64,000 nucleotides of DNA from NCBI GenBank assembly GCA_963813715.1, contig CAWFAK010000008.1, forward strand, positions 96,001 to 160,000, in the 5' to 3' direction. The number at the start of each line of letters is the position of its first letter. The first letter of the stretch is position 1. Shown one piece after another: positions 60,798 to 64,000 of the stretch. The notes beneath the pieces are model-generated. The model saw only the letters and a list, made by a program, of their open reading frames with translations. It had not been told where the DNA came from and searched no databases. This stretch comes from an uncultured Planctomycetaceae bacterium (GTDB lineage Bacteria > Planctomycetota > Planctomycetia > Planctomycetales > Planctomycetaceae). The position numbers and the translations under genes are program-made.

Positions 60798-62177
60798 TTA
60801 CTTGAGCAAGTAGGCGTTCACCACGGAGATTCCCGACATCAGCGTCCCAACGATCCCCAAGAGACCCTGGTCGTTCCCGCACAGGTACAGATTTTCCAGG
60901 TGCGTGCGGCCGTTGGACATTTTTTCCGCGGCTCCGTACACGCAGCCGTTGAGATGGCCCGTGAATTTCCGAATCGTGCGCGGCGTAAAAAAGTCCGTGT
61001 CGACGATGGCGTGCCGGAAGTCGGGGATCACGCGAAGGGCGGACTCGAGCAGCCGCTGGCCCCAATAGTTTTTTTCGCGTTCGTATTGTTCCGGTGGCAG
61101 ATTCAGCCAGTGGGCGGGATTCGCCAACGCAGTGATGCGGATGCGTCCCTCCTCGGGAGGGCGTTCGTACTCGAAATTGTTTGGCGAGCAGATGATGCCG
61201 CTGCGCAAGTCGATCGGCTCGCAGGGCATCTCGTAGGTGAACTTGGGAGAGTCGTTGTAGAAGACGATCGTCGCGTCGTGCCCCAGCTCGGACGGCTGTC
61301 GATCGAGAGAATAGATCGACTCGGTGTAGGTGATGTTGCCGGCCTCGACGGGGGCCGGGCGGTCGTCGGCGCCGCCGAGCAGCCGCAACGTCTCGAGCGT
61401 GCCGGCCGACGAGATGATGTTGTCGGTTTCGATCGTCTCGCCGTCGTCGAGCACGATGGCGGTCGCCCGGCCGCGGCGGCTCTCGATCGCGCGGACGCCG
61501 CTGCGCAGTCGCAGTTCGCCCCCGAGCTCTTTGAATCTGCGGACCAGCACTTTCAGGATCCGTCGCACTCCCTCGAACGGCCGGGCGAACCCTTCGAGGA
61601 AAATGCTGCGAAACATGATCGCGAACTGAGAGAAGTCCATGTCGTTGGGCGAAGCGCTTCCGTAGAAGAGCAGCGGACACATCAGCATTTCGATTAAGAG
61701 CGCGTCGTGGAAAAAGTCGGCCAGGACGGCCCGTGCGGAGAGCGGGCACTTCTCGAAGCTGGCGACCTCGAACGCCGAGATGTGAGTTACGAGCCGGGAA
61801 AACGCGTCAATTTCGGCGGGAAAATGCTGGCGGACCTGCTGCGTCAATTCGTCGATGCCGTTGCTGAACCGCAGCGTGCAGTCGGGAAATGCGACGGTCG
61901 AGAAGCGTTGCGGCGAAAGTCCAAAATCGTCCCACCGCAGGCGCAGTTGTCGCAGAACCTTGCTCAGCGGGCCGGTCTTCGCGCCCGGCGGCGCGTAATT
62001 GGTCACCGCGTGCAGGCCCACATCGTGATTGCGGCCACGGAGGCGATAGAACGAATTGAGGCCGCCGATCGTCGTGTGCCGCTCGAGAATGCACACGGAC
62101 TTTTCGTAGTAGGCCAGCCGGATTCCAGCGGCCAGACCCGACATGCCGGCGCCGATGATGACCGCGTCGTAGGCCAC
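60798..62177 (-). CDS. Phytoene-desaturase-like (CrtI-superfamily) FAD oxidoreductase
   Basis: IIGAGMSGL, LERH...GG, FTPRTI..FTG...G.VYG, NLYLCG...G..G...SG. Confidence 0.88.
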   Translation of the reverse strand: MAYDAVIIGAGMSGLAAGIRLAYYEKSVCILERHTTIGGLNSFYRLRGRNHDVGLHAVTNYAPPGAKTGPLSKVLRQLRLRWDDFGLSPQRFSTVAFPDCTLRFSNGIDELTQQVRQHFPAEIDAFSRLVTHISAFEVASFEKCPLSARAVLADFFHDALLIEMLMCPLLFYGSASPNDMDFSQFAIMFRSIFLEGFARPFEGVRRILKVLVRRFKELGGELRLRSGVRAIESRRGRATAIVLDDGETIETDNIISSAGTLETLRLLGGADDRPAPVEAGNITYTESIYSLDRQPSELGHDATIVFYNDSPKFTYEMPCEPIDLRSGIICSPNNFEYERPPEEGRIRITALANPAHWLNLPPEQYEREKNYWGQRLLESALRVIPDFRHAIVDTDFFTPRTIRKFTGHLNGCVYGAAEKMSNGRTHLENLYLCGNDQGLLGIVGTLMSGISVVNAYLLK

Positions 62178-62223
62178 GGGTCATTCGCCTGAGGAAACGG
62201 TGGCAGCCATCACAGCGGCCGGG

Positions 62224-62487
62224 CTAAGCCGAGGCCTGGGCGCCTTTCAAAAGCGGCGAGAGATAATCAACCGTGCCGGCCATGGTCGACAGGCGCGGAT
62301 AGTCGTCCTCGGGAATCTGGATGCGGTACTGCTTCCGCAACTCCATGACGATGTCCAGAAAGTCCATGCTGTCGAGCTCCATTTGCTCTCGCAGCGGGAC
62401 ATCGTCCTTGAGGCGGGTCAAGTCTTCGTCGGGCGCAATGCGCTCGAGGATATCGACCACAACCCGTCGAATGTCGTCCGGATTCAT
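62224..62487 (-). CDS. Acyl carrier protein
   Basis: LDSMDFLDIV phosphopantetheine motif, IPEDDY; acidic 87-aa protein. Confidence 0.92.
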   Translation of the reverse strand: MNPDDIRRVVVDILERIAPDEDLTRLKDDVPLREQMELDSMDFLDIVMELRKQYRIQIPEDDYPRLSTMAGTVDYLSPLLKGAQASA

Positions 62488-62643
62488 TCCCAAAGCTCCA
62501 GCCTTCTTCTCAAAGAACCCACGCGGACCAGACGCCGGCCGGCGCTCCTGCCGCACCGTGCGTTTTGCCCCTGCTTGCGTTCCGCGCTCGGTGCGCGGTT
62601 TGGGAACGCTTCCTGTGGGCGGAATCCACACCGATCGCAGACG

Positions 62644-63907
62644 TCACCGCTGCGCGGACGCGGGGAGTTTTTTGACGATGACGACCGAATTAATCCCCAG
62701 CATGCCGAACGAGTTGTTCAGAATGCAATCGACTTTCCCCAGCCGGCGCGGCTGATTGGCCACGATTTGCGGCATCGCGCAGTCGGGATCAATCGTATCG
62801 AGGTTGATTGTAGCGTGTGCGATTCCATCGTCAAACGAGGGGAGATTCCCCAAGAGTTCCAGCGCCCCAGCCGCTCCCATCGCATGGCCGATAAAGCTCT
62901 TCGTGTTGTTGATGGCCACGTTCGGGCTGTCGCCGAAGACTTCCCGCAGGGCCCCCACCTCCTCGATGTCGCCCTGTTGGGTTGCCGTCGCATGGCTGCT
63001 GACGATGTTCACGTCGGTCGGCTTGAGGCCTGCCCGGTCGAGTGCCAGGAACATGCATTCGGCCTGGCGATGGCGGTTGGGCATGACGAAATCGCCGGCG
63101 TCCGAGTTCATCGCATAGCCGACAATTTCGCCGTAAATGCGGGCTCTCGCGGGCCAGCGCGTCGGGCAACCGCTCGAGCACGCAGACCCCGCCCCCCTCG
63201 GCCACCACGATTCCGTTGCGATCTTTGTCGAACGGACGGCTGGCCTTGGTCGGGTCGGGGTGGCGGGCCAGCGCCCCTTCGGCCTGAAAGCTCGCGAAAA
63301 TCCCAAACGTGTGAATGCTCTCGGAGACGCCGCCGGCCAAAGCCTGATCGACTTCGCCCAACCGCAACATCTGCACGCCGTGAATCAGACCGGCGTTGCC
63401 CGCCGCACACGCCGCCCCGACGGTCAGATGTGGACCGGTAATCCCCAGGCTGATGGTTACTTCGCCGGCCGGGTTGTTGGCCACCGTGCGGGGATTGTGA
63501 TGATGGGACCAGACAGCCGTGTCGTAGTCGTAGCGCGAAATCTCATAGATTTCGTTCTCCGTCTCGACGTTGCCGTGCTCGGTGATCCCGAGGAAGACGC
63601 CGACTCGGCGTTTTTCAATCGTTTCCCAGGCAAGCCGCGCGTCCTGCACCGCTTCGTGGGCACAGTAAATGGCCAGAGAGCCCGCTCGTGTGCCCCGCCG
63701 CAGGTCCTTCTTCTTTTGGTAGCGGAGGACGTCGCAGCGGCAGACGCCGGCGACCGTCGGCGGCATATAGCGGGTTTCGTACGGGACGACTCCCGAGCGG
63801 CCCTCCAGGAGGGCACCGCGGAATTCCGACAGATTGTTGCCGTTCGGTGCCGCCAGACCGACGCCGGTAATGACGATACGATTGCTGTCGGACACGCGGT
63901 CGGCCAC
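62644..63907 (-). CDS. fabF: Beta-ketoacyl-ACP synthase II-like (frameshift near 63150)
   Basis: RIVITGVG, GAACAAG active Cys, SRPFDKDR.G, HATAT, KSFIGHAMGAAG, NSFGMLG. Confidence 0.92.
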
Positions 63908-64000
63908 CAGCTGGGTTGACTAACTGCTTTGCGCAAGGCGATACGCAAGAGGACGTTGAGGGCGAATCCAGAGATTACCGCACCCGTTCGTTCGTGACAA

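Overview
GC-rich bacterial chromosomal segment, most likely from a planctomycete (inferred from the DUF1501, GYF_2, SgcJ/EcaC-type and Gly/Asn-repeat TPR genes). About 50 genes can be supported: a TetR/SDR pair, a PadR-VOC unit, pilT, an M16 peptidase, an IlvD/Edd-family dehydratase, an OmpR-type two-component pair behind a Gly/Arg/His-rich EF-hand protein, tandem TPM-domain genes, one complete IS481-family element, a PQQ dehydrogenase apparently fused to a thioredoxin domain, a TerC transporter with an upstream leader-like ORF, an ECF42-type sigma/YciI cluster, glpD, ribBA, a CHASE3 kinase-cheR-cheB-kinase operon and part of a FabF-ACP-CrtI-like cluster. Many genes, ribBA included, carry single-base frameshifts that look like long-read assembly errors. 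No rRNA, tRNA or CRISPR array was seen. Most notable: (1) the block-structured low-complexity EF-hand protein with a candidate PmrA/QseB-like box heading the two-component operon; (2) the PQQ dehydrogenase-WCSWC thioredoxin fusion; (3) IS481 inserted into the centre of a GTAG-type REP hairpin, plus other REP doublets; (4) a ~300 bp orphan run of hairpins at 50.3-50.6 kb; (5) a palindromic repeat translated in frame in the dehydratase N-terminus. All calls come from reading motifs by eye; no searches were run.
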